From positions 67,271 through 131,270 of the forward strand of contig BOKR01000001.1 in assembly GCA_016861085.1 (NCBI GenBank): a DNA stretch of 64,000 nucleotides, in the 5' to 3' direction. The stretch comes from Patescibacteria group bacterium (GTDB taxonomy: Bacteria > Patescibacteriota > Microgenomatia > UBA1400 > PJMF01). The notes beneath the pieces are model-generated. The model searched no databases, was not told the DNA's origin, and saw nothing but the letters and a program-made list of their open reading frames with translations. The first letter of the stretch is position 1. Each line of letters opens with the position of its first letter. This document shows positions 16,889 to 27,385 of the stretch, piece after piece. The position numbers and the translations under genes were made by a program.

Positions 16889-18795
16889 AACAAAAATTTG
16901 TATATGCTGTTGTAGCGTTTATATTTAGCGGTTTACTATTTAGACTGATTGACACACAGATTTTTCAAGGGAAGGTATTCGCTGACTTAGCTGATAGGAA
17001 CAGAACATATACAGTTTTTGAGCCTGAACAAAGGGGTGTGTTTTTAGATCGGTATGACCAGCCTTTGGTTTTCAATAAACCAGTTTATTTTAAACTTGAT
17101 TCTTCAGAGAGTTTATATAGCGAAAAAACTAGGATAGATAGAGATGAAGCTTTGGAGATAATGACATATAATCCAGATCTGATTCGAATGGATTATGAAC
17201 GTGAATACAGGTATCCACAGGCACTGGCACATATACTTGGCTATGTTGGTAGGGTAACAGCGGATGATTTGTTGGCTGATAGTAGTTTGAGGATTAGCGA
17301 CAAAATTGGAAAAATGGGTTTAGAGTTACAGCTTCAAGACTACTTGCAAGGAATGTCAGGATTTAAGAAATTTGAGATCAATGCGATGGGAGTGAAACAA
17401 CATCTAATCGCTGAAGAACCAGGGAAATCGGGGAACTCTGTTTCAACTACCCTTGATCCTTTTCTTTCTCAGGCAGCCTTAGCAGCAATGGGTGATAAGC
17501 TGGGAAGCGTAGTTATTTTGGATGGTGAAACAGGTGAGGTATTGGCCTTAGTGAGTACCCCAACTTTTGATGTCAGCTATTTGAGTGAAACAACTTCTAG
17601 TCAGAACACAGAGTTGGAACGGGTTAAAACTGTTCAATCATTCTTTTCTCATCCTCAAAAACTTTTTTTTAATCGCAGTATTAGTGGGGCATATCCACCA
17701 GGTTCAGTATTTAAATTGATTACTGCTCTCTCAGGACTAGAAAATCAAAAAATAACCAAAGATACAACAGTTTTGGACGAAGGAGTACTTAAAGTTGGTG
17801 AATACTCATATGCAAACTGGTATTTCACTCAATTTGGTAGAAAAGAGGGAGATATATCTTTGCAACGGGCTATTTCAAGGAGTAATGATATTTATTTTTA
17901 CAAAGTTGCTGAGTGGGTTGGCCCAGAAAAAATTAAAGAGATGGCAGAACTATTTGGACTTGGAAAGAAAACTGGTTTACAGATAGGGTCAGAAATTGAA
18001 GGGTTACTTCCTGATCCTGAGTGGAAGCAGCAGGTCTTAGGGGAACGTTGGTTTCTGGGAAATACATATCACTTTGGAATAGGGCAGGGAGATTTATTGG
18101 TTTCGCCAATCCAGGTTGCCCAGATGATACAGGCAATAACAAATAAAGGTACTCTTTGTACGCCATCTGTACTGTCTAGTAACTTTCAAACTGGGTATTC
18201 GCAGACAGGTCGTTGTGGTGAAGTTGGGGTTATGCAAGAAAACCTAGAGTTGATCATAAAAGGTATGCTTGATGCTTGTAGTAGCGGTGGAACTGGTTTT
18301 CCGTTTTTTCCATACAATTCACAGGTTAGAAATACTCAGTTAAGTGCATATGAAGAAATTGATGCTGGTGCAGTTGCTTGTAAGACCGGCACATCGGAAT
18401 TTGGAGCCTCAGATGCAAGAGGGTATCGAAAGACACATGGTTGGTTTGTTGCCAGTTTTGGGACAACTCAGCTGATTGAGAAAGTGAAAGCAAAGGAGAG
18501 CTATTTAACAGCTTCATCTGGAGTAGTGACAGACTCAGATACAGCTACACAAAGCGCTGAACTATTTGAAGATAAAACAAATAAAGAACTTTGGACAAAG
18601 AATATTATTCAGCATGGGTTTCCTAAAAAGCTAGTAATAGTTGCTCTGGTTGAGAGTGATGAGGTCAATCCTTATAGAGAAGGTTCAAAAGATGCTGGCC
18701 CAGTGGTGAAAGAGATTTTTGATTGGATGTTTGCTGACGTTGTGAGTAGTCTGAGTGAAGAGATTGAAGTGATTCCTGATTACTCGAGAGAATGA
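16885..18795 (+). CDS. mrdA: penicillin-binding protein 2 (class B transpeptidase)
   Basis: SVFK (SxxK), SRSND (SxN) and KTGTSE (KTG) motifs. The likely start MKQKFVY is at 16885 rather than the track start at 16780. Confidence 0.8.
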   Translation: MKQKFVYAVVAFIFSGLLFRLIDTQIFQGKVFADLADRNRTYTVFEPEQRGVFLDRYDQPLVFNKPVYFKLDSSESLYSEKTRIDRDEALEIMTYNPDLIRMDYEREYRYPQALAHILGYVGRVTADDLLADSSLRISDKIGKMGLELQLQDYLQGMSGFKKFEINAMGVKQHLIAEEPGKSGNSVSTTLDPFLSQAALAAMGDKLGSVVILDGETGEVLALVSTPTFDVSYLSETTSSQNTELERVKTVQSFFSHPQKLFFNRSISGAYPPGSVFKLITALSGLENQKITKDTTVLDEGVLKVGEYSYANWYFTQFGRKEGDISLQRAISRSNDIYFYKVAEWVGPEKIKEMAELFGLGKKTGLQIGSEIEGLLPDPEWKQQVLGERWFLGNTYHFGIGQGDLLVSPIQVAQMIQAITNKGTLCTPSVLSSNFQTGYSQTGRCGEVGVMQENLELIIKGMLDACSSGGTGFPFFPYNSQVRNTQLSAYEEIDAGAVACKTGTSEFGASDARGYRKTHGWFVASFGTTQLIEKVKAKESYLTASSGVVTDSDTATQSAELFEDKTNKELWTKNIIQHGFPKKLVIVALVESDEVNPYREGSKDAGPVVKEIFDWMFADVVSSLSEEIEVIPDYSRE

Positions 18796-18835
18796 TGTCA
18801 GCGTTTTGTAAGATAGGACCTCTATACTTCTTGAC

Positions 18836-19972
18836 ATGGTGGTGGATTTCCTTGAACTATTACGCTTTCAGTTTTCAGAACATGACAAGTCTTTTTTGTT
18901 ACAGCTTCTCCTGGTTCCAAGGTTGGGAAGAAAAACTGCTGCAATGATTCTTTTATACCTAAAAAAACACAAAAGTAATGAATGTGATTTTTGGGTATCT
19001 TTAGAAGATTACTTTCAAGAATTAGGAATAAAGAAAAGTGTTGCTGAAAGAATCAATAAGAATTTATTAGAGCAAAATTATTATACGTTGTTAAATCAAA
19101 TTGAGAGATTAAATATTCGGGTCATCACTTTTTGGGAAAAGGACTATCCTAAGCACTTGCTAAATACTGCTGATTTTCCGTTACTCTTATTCACTCGAGG
19201 GGAAGTATCACTACTGCAAAGCAAAGCTATTGCTGTTGTTGGCACACGAAAAATGACTTCATATGGCGAAATGGTAACAAGAAAATTGGTGGAAGAGTTA
19301 GTTGATTTTGGTTACACTATTGTCTCAGGATGTATGTATGGGGTTGATGAGGTCGCCCATCGTGAAGCTATTCGTTCTAGGGGTAAAACGATTGCTGTTT
19401 TGGGGTATGGTTTGGCTGTTTTGTCGCCACAACAAACGTTACAGGATCTAGTTATTGCGAATGGTGGTTGTGCTGTAACGGAATATCTTCCATCTGTTAG
19501 TGCCAACAAAGGCACGTTTCCCGAAAGAAACAGGATTGTGGCAGGATTAAGTAGTGGAGTTTTGGTGACAGAGGCTGCACTAAAGAGTGGTACACATATT
19601 ACTGTTGACTTCGCGCTTGAAGCAGGCAGAGAGATTTTTGCAATCCCTGGCAGTATTCTTAATCCTTACACAGAAGGAACAAAATACTTACTAAACCAAG
19701 GGGCCACGTTGGTGAGTTCAGGGGCAGATATAGTTGCAGAATTAGAAAAAGCAGTTACAATACCAAATTCTGCTCGACGGCCTTTTGCTGAACCACAGCT
19801 TGATGAAACAGCAAAAAAGATAGTTTCAAAGTTGCACTATATGCCGCTAAGTACAGACGAATTAGTCAAAGAAACAAATCTAACTATTCAAGAGTTACTT
19901 ACTGCGCTGGGTATGTTAGAGTTAGAAAATATAGTAGAAAATAAAGCCGGCTTGTGGCGGTGTATGGTATAG
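18836..19972 (+). CDS. dprA: DNA-processing protein DprA/Smf
   Basis: AVVGTRKMTSYG...GVDEVAHREAI Rossmann-like DprA core. It lies upstream of topA, a conserved pairing. Confidence 0.7.
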   Translation: MVVDFLELLRFQFSEHDKSFLLQLLLVPRLGRKTAAMILLYLKKHKSNECDFWVSLEDYFQELGIKKSVAERINKNLLEQNYYTLLNQIERLNIRVITFWEKDYPKHLLNTADFPLLLFTRGEVSLLQSKAIAVVGTRKMTSYGEMVTRKLVEELVDFGYTIVSGCMYGVDEVAHREAIRSRGKTIAVLGYGLAVLSPQQTLQDLVIANGGCAVTEYLPSVSANKGTFPERNRIVAGLSSGVLVTEAALKSGTHITVDFALEAGREIFAIPGSILNPYTEGTKYLLNQGATLVSSGADIVAELEKAVTIPNSARRPFAEPQLDETAKKIVSKLHYMPLSTDELVKETNLTIQELLTALGMLELENIVENKAGLWRCMV

Positions 19973-19981
19973 TAGTGTCTT

Positions 19982-22171
19982 ATGAATCTAGTTATAGTTG
20001 AATCCCCAACAAAAGCAAAAAAGTTAAAACATTTCTTAGGTAGTGAGTACCAGGTTGAAGCAAGTGTTGGCCATATTCGTGATTTACCAAAAACTGGGCT
20101 AGGGGTTGATGTAGAACATGATTTCGAACCAACATATGAAGTTAGTGAAAATAAGGTAAAAGTTGTCACAAAACTTAAACAAGCAGCCTCTCATGCTGAG
20201 AAAATTTATCTTGCAACTGACCCTGATCGAGAAGGTGAGGCAATTGCCTGGCATATTAAATATCTTTTGGAAGAAGGAAAGGGTAAAAAAAAGACCAACG
20301 CTGAGTTTTTTCGTGCAACATTTCATGAAATTACTAAGAGTGCTGTCTTAAAAGCAATAGAACACCCTTCGAAAATAAACAAAGATCTTGTTGATGCGCA
20401 ACAGGCTCGTAGGGTACTTGATAGGTTGGTTGGATATAAAGTTTCTCCAGTGCTTTGGAAGAAAATTAGGCGTGGGCTATCTGCAGGTAGAGTGCAGTCA
20501 GTGGCGTTACGTCTTGTGGTTGAACGAGAGCGCGAAATAGAAGCTTTCAAAGCAGAAGAATATTGGGAACTAACAACAGCTTTGTCTACAAAACAGGACA
20601 AAAGAAAAGTTTTTTCAAAAGAGGGTAAACTTGATGATGACTTGCCAGAACATATATTTGCAGGATTAGTGAGTCAGGTTAACTCAAAAAAGTTCACACC
20701 AACAAAACAAGCAGATGTTGAACCAGTCTTAGCAGTATTACCAACAGCGGAGTATGTTGTCAATTTAGTAGAAAAGAAGGAGCGAAACCGCTCAAGTTTA
20801 CCTCCTTTTACTACATCAACGCTCCAACAAAAAGCTGCAACGAGTTTTGGGTATTCTGGTAAGCAAACCATGCAGATTGCGCAACAATTGTATGAAGAAG
20901 GTCTCATCACATATCATCGAACTGACTCAGTAACGCTATCTCAGACTGCCATTGAAATGGCAAGAGAGTATATTGGGTCTCAATTCGGTCAACAGTATTT
21001 GCCTGAAAAACCAAGGGTTTTTGCCAAACAAAGCAAAAATGCTCAAGAAGCCCATGAAGCGATTCGTGTCACAGATATTGGTGTTACTCATAAGGACATA
21101 CAAGGGAAAAGTTCGCGTTTTTCTACTCAGCATGCTAAGTTATATGAGCTTATCTGGAAGCGGTTTATTGCAAGTCAAATGGAAACTGCAATTTATGATC
21201 AGACTTCAGTTGATGTTGTGTTTACCCCTAAAGAAGTAAAAAATTCAATTAAGCAGGGAATTATTAAGATAACTGGTTCTGTGCTTAAGTTTGATGGTTG
21301 GATGAGATTATTCCCAAATAGAGAAGATAGCTTGATTCCGGAGTTAACCAAGGGGCAACAAGTACACTTTACTGATTTGTTTGCTGCACAAAAATTTACT
21401 CAACCACCAGCAAGGTATAACGATGCTTCACTGATTAAAGAACTTGAAAAGAGAGGCATTGGCCGTCCAAGTACGTATGCTTCAATTATTTCTGTGATTA
21501 TTGACAGAGGTTATATCGAACGCACTCAAAAGAAATTCTTTGCTACTCCAGTAGGAATGACAGTCACAGACTTTCTCTTAAAATATTTTGAACAAATTAT
21601 GGACTATGAGTTTACAGCTGAGATGGAAGAAGATCTTGATAGGATTTCGCTAGGAAAAAAGAAGTGGAAAGATATTGTTGGCACTTTTTATGGTCCACTT
21701 GAAAAGAAAATTGAGACTGTGACAGATAAAGCAGAACGGACTCAAATTCCTGTAGAGAAAACTGGTGAAAAATGTCCGACCTGTGGTGACACTGAGCATG
21801 GTGAAATAGTAATTCGCACTGGTAGATTTGGCAAGTTTAAAAGTTGTAGTAGATTTCCAGAGTGCAAATATACTGAAAATATTGTTGAAATAGTTGAAGA
21901 TGTTGTATGTCCACTCTGTGGCAAGGGAGAAGTCACAATAAAGAATACTCGTTGGGGTAAACCATTTTTTGGGTGTAGTACCTACCCAACTTGCAATTGG
22001 GCTAGTTGGAAAAAACCTGAAAAAGGTGAAAAAATTACTCAATCTCAGTGGGATGAACTACAAAAGAAACGAGAAGAGAGAAAACAAAAGTGGTTGGAGA
22101 GCAGAAAAGGCAGTGGTGAGGCTCGAAAGGTAGTAACGACTAAGAAAAAAAGAGCTAAAAAATCAAAATGA
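19982..22171 (+). CDS. topA: DNA topoisomerase I with C-terminal zinc ribbons
   Basis: N-terminal MNLVIVESPTKAKKL (Toprim), then the TopA core. C-terminal C-x2-C ... C-x2-C repeats. Confidence 0.9.
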   Translation: MNLVIVESPTKAKKLKHFLGSEYQVEASVGHIRDLPKTGLGVDVEHDFEPTYEVSENKVKVVTKLKQAASHAEKIYLATDPDREGEAIAWHIKYLLEEGKGKKKTNAEFFRATFHEITKSAVLKAIEHPSKINKDLVDAQQARRVLDRLVGYKVSPVLWKKIRRGLSAGRVQSVALRLVVEREREIEAFKAEEYWELTTALSTKQDKRKVFSKEGKLDDDLPEHIFAGLVSQVNSKKFTPTKQADVEPVLAVLPTAEYVVNLVEKKERNRSSLPPFTTSTLQQKAATSFGYSGKQTMQIAQQLYEEGLITYHRTDSVTLSQTAIEMAREYIGSQFGQQYLPEKPRVFAKQSKNAQEAHEAIRVTDIGVTHKDIQGKSSRFSTQHAKLYELIWKRFIASQMETAIYDQTSVDVVFTPKEVKNSIKQGIIKITGSVLKFDGWMRLFPNREDSLIPELTKGQQVHFTDLFAAQKFTQPPARYNDASLIKELEKRGIGRPSTYASIISVIIDRGYIERTQKKFFATPVGMTVTDFLLKYFEQIMDYEFTAEMEEDLDRISLGKKKWKDIVGTFYGPLEKKIETVTDKAERTQIPVEKTGEKCPTCGDTEHGEIVIRTGRFGKFKSCSRFPECKYTENIVEIVEDVVCPLCGKGEVTIKNTRWGKPFFGCSTYPTCNWASWKKPEKGEKITQSQWDELQKKREERKQKWLESRKGSGEARKVVTTKKKRAKKSK

Positions 22172-22749
22172 AAATAGCACTATTTGGTGGCGCCTTTGAT
22201 CCACCTCATATTGGACACAAAGTTGTTGCTGATTCGTTGATTCAAAACAAAATAGTTGATGAGGTATGGTTTGTTCCTGTTTTTAAGCACCCGTGGGCTG
22301 ACCGGTATGGGAAGCAACAACTCACAGATTATGATGCAAGAGTTAAAATGCTTAATTTAACTGCTGAGTCAATAAAAAACTCAAAAAAAATTAAAGTTGA
22401 GCATTTCAAAGAGGTGAGTTTCACCTATGATACCCTCAAATATTTTTCAGAAAGATTACCCCAGCATGAATTTTGCTGGGTGATGGGGTCAGAATATTTA
22501 GATCGTTTTGACGATTTTCTAAAAGGTCATCCAAGATTAATAGACTTTACTTTTTATATTTACCCCAGAGCTGGTTATCAGCTGAATGAATCTTTGAGAA
22601 AGCCAAATATGATTTTTCTTACAGACATGCCTGAAGTTACAGCATCATCTACAGAAATTAGAAAACTGATAAAAGAGAAACAGCCGGTAAAAAAATTGTT
22701 GCTGAGTTCTGTTTTGAAGTTCATTCAAGAGAACAACTTGTATTTCTAG
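22168..22749 (+). CDS. nadD: nicotinate-nucleotide adenylyltransferase
   Basis: LFGGAFDPPHIGH motif. ATGA overlap with topA. Confidence 0.8.
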   Translation: MKIALFGGAFDPPHIGHKVVADSLIQNKIVDEVWFVPVFKHPWADRYGKQQLTDYDARVKMLNLTAESIKNSKKIKVEHFKEVSFTYDTLKYFSERLPQHEFCWVMGSEYLDRFDDFLKGHPRLIDFTFYIYPRAGYQLNESLRKPNMIFLTDMPEVTASSTEIRKLIKEKQPVKKLLLSSVLKFIQENNLYF

Positions 22750-22795
22750 TGAATTATTCATCGTTTTGTGGTAGCGTTGTTTACGAAAGGTTTTT

Positions 22796-23710
22796 ATGAA
22801 GAAAGAAACTTTACCTAACGTGGTTACATATAATCAAAAACGAGTACCAGATGAGCAATATAAAAATCTGCTTAAGTTTATTCTTGAAAATGGTACAGTA
22901 GCAGAATCTCAACAAGAGATAGATGCGCTCACTTACATGGCGCCGCCCTCACTACGCTTTAAATTGGCAAATGGTTTTCCAATTATTACAGAAAGAAAAA
23001 TTAGCAAAAAAGTGTGGGGACAGGCGATAGGAGAGATAATTGGATTTATTAATGGGGCTAGAACTCAAGAAGAGTTACAGACATATGGGTGTGATTGGTG
23101 GCATTCATGGGTAACGGAAGCTAAATGCAAAAAACGCGGTTTAGAAGAGGGTGATATGGGTCCTGGTAGTTATGGTGCGGCTTTTCATGATTTCCCAACT
23201 GCAGAAGGACCAACGTACAATCAATTTCAAAACATTATTGAGCAAATCAAAGAAAAGCCGCACTTAAGAACCCACTTTATTTCTCCGTGGATTCCTCAAT
23301 ATACAATTCGCGGAAAAGGGAAGCAACAAAAAGTAGTTGTCTGTCCTTGTCATGGTTGGATTCATATTAGAATAATTGACAATAAATTAACACTACACAT
23401 GTTCCAAAGAAGTAGTGATACCCCGATTGGCTTACCAGCTAATTTAGCGCAATATGCTGCACTTACGATGATGATTGCTCAGGTTACAGGATATGAAGCG
23501 TATGAGTATATTCATAGTTTTTCTGATGCGCATATTTATGTTGATCAGATCAATCACGTCAAAGAATTAGTTCAGCGCGAGACAAAACCATTTCCAATTA
23601 TGAAAATGAATCCAAAAGTCAAAGATTTATTTCAGTTTAGGGTTGAAGATTTTGAATTGGAAGAGTATGAATCTCATCCTGGCATGTGGGATATTCCAGT
23701 TGCAATTTAG
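22796..23710 (+). CDS. thyA: thymidylate synthase (ThyA-type)
   Basis: CPCHGW (nucleophile Cys), QRSSD, GLPANLAQYAALT, SDAHIY. Confidence 0.8.
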   Translation: MKKETLPNVVTYNQKRVPDEQYKNLLKFILENGTVAESQQEIDALTYMAPPSLRFKLANGFPIITERKISKKVWGQAIGEIIGFINGARTQEELQTYGCDWWHSWVTEAKCKKRGLEEGDMGPGSYGAAFHDFPTAEGPTYNQFQNIIEQIKEKPHLRTHFISPWIPQYTIRGKGKQQKVVVCPCHGWIHIRIIDNKLTLHMFQRSSDTPIGLPANLAQYAALTMMIAQVTGYEAYEYIHSFSDAHIYVDQINHVKELVQRETKPFPIMKMNPKVKDLFQFRVEDFELEEYESHPGMWDIPVAI

Positions 23711-23736
23711 GAGATTATAGGGGTTGTATATTGTAA

Positions 23737-24228
23737 GTGCAACTCAATACAGCAATTATTTACGAATATATGAATAAAAAAAATACTCAACAATTTGTAG
23801 ATTTAGATAATGCGCGTGAAGACGAACAAAAGCAAGTCATGCAAGAAATAATTACTGCTGATCATTGCCCATTTTGTCTAGAAAACTTAAGAAAATACCA
23901 TAAGCAACCTATTTTAAAAGAGGGCAAATATTGGATACTCACAAAAAACCAATGGCCATACAAATATACAAAGATTCATTTGTTAGCGATTTACAAAGAA
24001 CATGCCACAAAGTTGTCAGAACTAGACCCTCAATCAGGTGTCGAATTACTGCAATTTATGCAGTGGGCCGAGAGAGAACATAAAATCCCGGGTGGCGGTT
24101 GGGCAATGCGGTTTGGTGATACAAATTATTCTGCCGGTACTGTGAATCATTTACACGTTCAGTTTATTCAACCAGATATAGAACATCCTGAATTTGAGCC
24201 AGTCAGGATTAAGCTTGGTAAAGGATGA
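23737..24228 (+). CDS. HIT-family (histidine triad) nucleotide hydrolase/transferase
   Basis: C-x2-C near the N-terminus and HLHVQF triad. The alternative ATG start is at 23770. Confidence 0.6.
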   Translation: MQLNTAIIYEYMNKKNTQQFVDLDNAREDEQKQVMQEIITADHCPFCLENLRKYHKQPILKEGKYWILTKNQWPYKYTKIHLLAIYKEHATKLSELDPQSGVELLQFMQWAEREHKIPGGGWAMRFGDTNYSAGTVNHLHVQFIQPDIEHPEFEPVRIKLGKG

Positions 24229-24314
24229 TCTCTTTATTCTCTACTCAATAGTTATATCTATATCAATTGTGGGTGTATAATGACTCAATTTATCAATTTG
24301 TAGAAAGGCATTCT

Positions 24315-24695
24315 ATGCAAAAAGGTCCAATTTGTCATGAGGAGGAAGCCCATTTAAATCGACAAGTGTCGATTCCTCGTCCAACGGATTTTTCAGAGCA
24401 AATTCATAAGCAAGAAGTTACTCAAGCAAGGAATCTCTTGAATGCTTTAGAATCAAGCGAACCGTTTGCAAATATTCGTGCCGTGATTGATAGAATTACT
24501 GCTATAAAAAGAAATACAATGTTTAAAAACACGACTGTTTCACATATTTCAGAGTCAACTCTAACGACCAAAAATATTGGAGAAACGCTTGGATACAGAA
24601 ACCTTAATGTCAGGGTGCATGGATATTTCATTTGGTTCACCAGACAAGATGGAGCATGGCACATCAATTTCTGTGCAACACCTAATGGTAATTAG
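24315..24695 (+). CDS. hypothetical protein
   Basis: ORF-track start is 24267. The likely start is MQKGPI after an AAAGG RBS. Confidence 0.3.
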   Translation: MQKGPICHEEEAHLNRQVSIPRPTDFSEQIHKQEVTQARNLLNALESSEPFANIRAVIDRITAIKRNTMFKNTTVSHISESTLTTKNIGETLGYRNLNVRVHGYFIWFTRQDGAWHINFCATPNGN

Positions 24696-25552
24696 TCATT
24701 AATCAAAACGACTTTGACATTGGAGTTTGTAAGTATTCTCTCGCCATCAAGTATTGAGTATCCGTCACTGTAGTATAGTTTTGCGATACCACTAGCAGCA
24801 ATCTGTTTTGCGCACACAGGACAAGGAAATGTTGAAACATACATGCTTGTTCCTTGTAGTGGGACTCCTTTTTTTGCGCAATCAGCGATTATGGCAGCTT
24901 CGGCATGGACAGCAGTTGAAAGATCAATATGTTCACCTTTGTGGAAGGAATTCCGTGGATCTGAGTCAATATATGGAGTGTACGGGCTTGGTAAATGGTG
25001 GTTGTGAGCAATAGCGATGATTTTATGTGGCTTTTCAGAAAAAACGAGAGCGCCAACTTGGCGCCACCAGTCTGAGCTCAACTGAGCTGTTTTTTTTGTT
25101 TTTGCAACCAAACTTTGGATCAATTCTCCAAAATTTTTTTCAGTTTTAGTTTGTTTGTTTTGTACAGACTGCTTTTCTAGTGTATTTTCTCGATTCCACC
25201 TCAGGAAGGTATCATCAAAAACGATTTTACTCTTTGTGAGGTATTTTCTGGCAATCCAAATAAAAATATCTTCTTTTGGCAAGATAATTTCTTGCCCAGG
25301 TTCATCTAAAAACGGTAAGTCGTTAGCACTTAGCAAACTAATTTTTCTTTCAGGCAAGAGCGCTTCTAGGCTGACTTCAGCTTGGGTTGGGCTAATAGCC
25401 CGTATTTCTTTTCGCAAGTAATCGAATTCTTGATCAATCAGTTCAATTAAGCTCTCGTTTGTGATAAAAATATCCGCATTTTTGTGTGATTCGAGAAAAT
25501 GTAAATATCCAGCGTGAATGACAGGAAGGTAGACAATAATTTTAGGTTTCAT
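24692..25552 (-). CDS. dCMP deaminase (cytidine/deoxycytidylate deaminase zinc-binding domain) with an about 150-aa N-terminal extension of unknown function
   Basis: HAEAAIIADCAKKG and PCPVCAKQI (H-x-E ... PC-x2-C). The in-frame start MKPKIIVY is chosen to avoid a 90-nt overlap with the upstream gene. Confidence 0.65.
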   Translation of the reverse strand: MKPKIIVYLPVIHAGYLHFLESHKNADIFITNESLIELIDQEFDYLRKEIRAISPTQAEVSLEALLPERKISLLSANDLPFLDEPGQEIILPKEDIFIWIARKYLTKSKIVFDDTFLRWNRENTLEKQSVQNKQTKTEKNFGELIQSLVAKTKKTAQLSSDWWRQVGALVFSEKPHKIIAIAHNHHLPSPYTPYIDSDPRNSFHKGEHIDLSTAVHAEAAIIADCAKKGVPLQGTSMYVSTFPCPVCAKQIAASGIAKLYYSDGYSILDGERILTNSNVKVVLIND

Positions 25553-26105
25553 CTTTGAGTTCCTCCAAAATTTGTTCGATAGTTTGTATGAGTCGATTAG
25601 AGATCGTTTTTGTAACTCGTTTTTCGGCTCCAATCTGTACTAAACGAATTTTTGCACTCGTAGAAGTTGTCGCTTTTCTTCTTAAAACCACTACTTTTCC
25701 GCAAAATTCTAGTAACTGTTTTTTTTCTGCTGGTGTATATGTATCTGCGGTAGCAATTAAAACATCTGGCCGAATGAGTTTGATTAGCTCCCATTTTGGC
25801 TCAGACAGTTTTTTGAGAACAACATGATCTACGTCGGCAATATAAGTAAGCATTTCCATGCGTTCATCTTCTGGTACAACTGGGCGGTCTGGGCCTTTTC
25901 TAGTGCGGATTTTTTCATCACTATCAATGCCAACAAATAAAATATCACCATATTTTTTTGCTTCACAGAGATACCGGCAGTGACCAATGTGCAACATATC
26001 AAAAGAACCAGAAGTCAAAACAATTTTTTTCTTCTGTTTACGATACTTTTTGCTGAGTTTGGGAACTTCAGTGTAACTTGCAACTATTTTTTTGCCATTT
26101 TTCAT
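25542..26105 (-). CDS. cytidylyltransferase/adenylyltransferase-like nucleotidyltransferase (HIGH family, RfaE-II/TagD-like)
   Basis: GSFDMLHIGHCRYL matches GxFDxxHxGH. Confidence 0.6.
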   Translation of the reverse strand: MKNGKKIVASYTEVPKLSKKYRKQKKKIVLTSGSFDMLHIGHCRYLCEAKKYGDILFVGIDSDEKIRTRKGPDRPVVPEDERMEMLTYIADVDHVVLKKLSEPKWELIKLIRPDVLIATADTYTPAEKKQLLEFCGKVVVLRRKATTSTSAKIRLVQIGAEKRVTKTISNRLIQTIEQILEELKDET

Positions 26106-26186
26106 TTCTCACCAATCCTACTACATGATATGAGAATCTGACTAGGAGCTGTTACTACTAGAGTTCCTGTGTTAGGATAATTTGAT

Positions 26187-26711
26187 ATGCAAGTCATTTT
26201 GGTCGCTTCAGTAACAGCAGATGGTTTTATTGCTCAAAGCAAAGAGCAGTCTTCATTAGCTTGGACTAGTAGAGAAGACACTAGATTTTTTGTGCAGAAA
26301 ACAAAAGAGATTGGGACGGTAATAATGGGGGCAGCTACTTTTGAAACAATCCAGCCAAAGCATTTACCATTTTCCGGAAGAACAATAATTGTCCTGAGTC
26401 GTTCTAAAGTGTATGACCAATATGATCCAAAAGATGTTCGTGCAGAGAGTGGTACGATTCCAGAAGTTTTGGAAAAACTAGAGCGTCAAGGAGTTCAACA
26501 GGCTGTTCTAGCAGGTGGGGCAAGTGTATACACCCAATGTATGCAGGCGGGACTTGTAGATGAATTATTTTTAACGGTTGAACCAATTGTTTTTGGATCT
26601 GGAGTGAAATTATTTTCAGATGCAGTGCTCACAAAACTGCAACTTTTAGAAGTTTTAGACTTATCAGATCAAACAAAAGTGTTTCACTATAAGGTGGTCA
26701 AAGATGAGTAA
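26187..26711 (+). CDS. folA: dihydrofolate reductase family protein
   Basis: Size and N-terminal VILVASVTADGFIA pattern typical of the DHFR/RibD C-terminal fold. Overlaps dut by 8 nt. Confidence 0.55.
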   Translation: MQVILVASVTADGFIAQSKEQSSLAWTSREDTRFFVQKTKEIGTVIMGAATFETIQPKHLPFSGRTIIVLSRSKVYDQYDPKDVRAESGTIPEVLEKLERQGVQQAVLAGGASVYTQCMQAGLVDELFLTVEPIVFGSGVKLFSDAVLTKLQLLEVLDLSDQTKVFHYKVVKDE

Positions 26712-27162
26712 GCCAATTAAAGTTGTTTACAAGCAGTTTGACACAACATTGCCCAAACCAGAATATAAAACCCCTGGGGCAGCGGCGCTTGATATGTATG
26801 CCAGAACAGAAGTAGTTATTCCTGCTCGTGGAATAGGATACGTGCCGTTAAATGTGGCATTACAACTGCCAGAGAACCATTGGGCGTTATTATCTGCTCG
26901 TAGTAGTTTGCACAAGCGGGGTTTGATGTTAGCAAATGGTATTGGTGTAGGTGATTATGATTATAGGGGCCCCAATGATGAATATTTGGCAGCACTGTAT
27001 AACTTTACAGATACGGCAGTGACTGTTGAAAGGGGTGAGCGGATCGTGCAGTTAATTGTAATGCACCGCGAACCAGTTCAGTTGCAGGTGGTTGAGGACT
27101 TTGATACAAAAGATCCAACAACCAAAGACCGTGGTGGATTTGGTTCAACTGGTCGTAAATAA
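26704..27162 (+). CDS. dut: dUTP diphosphatase
   Basis: AALDM, GVGDYDYRG and RGGFGSTG motifs. Confidence 0.85.
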   Translation: MSKPIKVVYKQFDTTLPKPEYKTPGAAALDMYARTEVVIPARGIGYVPLNVALQLPENHWALLSARSSLHKRGLMLANGIGVGDYDYRGPNDEYLAALYNFTDTAVTVERGERIVQLIVMHREPVQLQVVEDFDTKDPTTKDRGGFGSTGRK

Positions 27163-27385
27163 TTTATTTTGAGTTTGTAATTTGTCACAGCAATGACCAA
27201 TTCATAGCAATTTTATTCCGTATTTTTTTTGTTCAAAGACGTAAATTTTGCCCTCAAATGGGTTTAGAGCTCAATACTTCAATACGTTCTCAAAACACAT
27301 GATATAGATATATCTAGTTGTTAAACTACAATATATTGTGGTTTATTGGTTTTTATTCTCTATTGAAAATTTAGAAAAATAACGC

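Noticed and set aside
16430-22171. UGA recoding (genetic code 25), as occurs in some candidate-phyla lineages
   Set aside because: mreD/mrdA and topA/nadD junctions use ATGA overlaps where TGA terminates well-conserved proteins at the expected length. TGA behaves as a stop.
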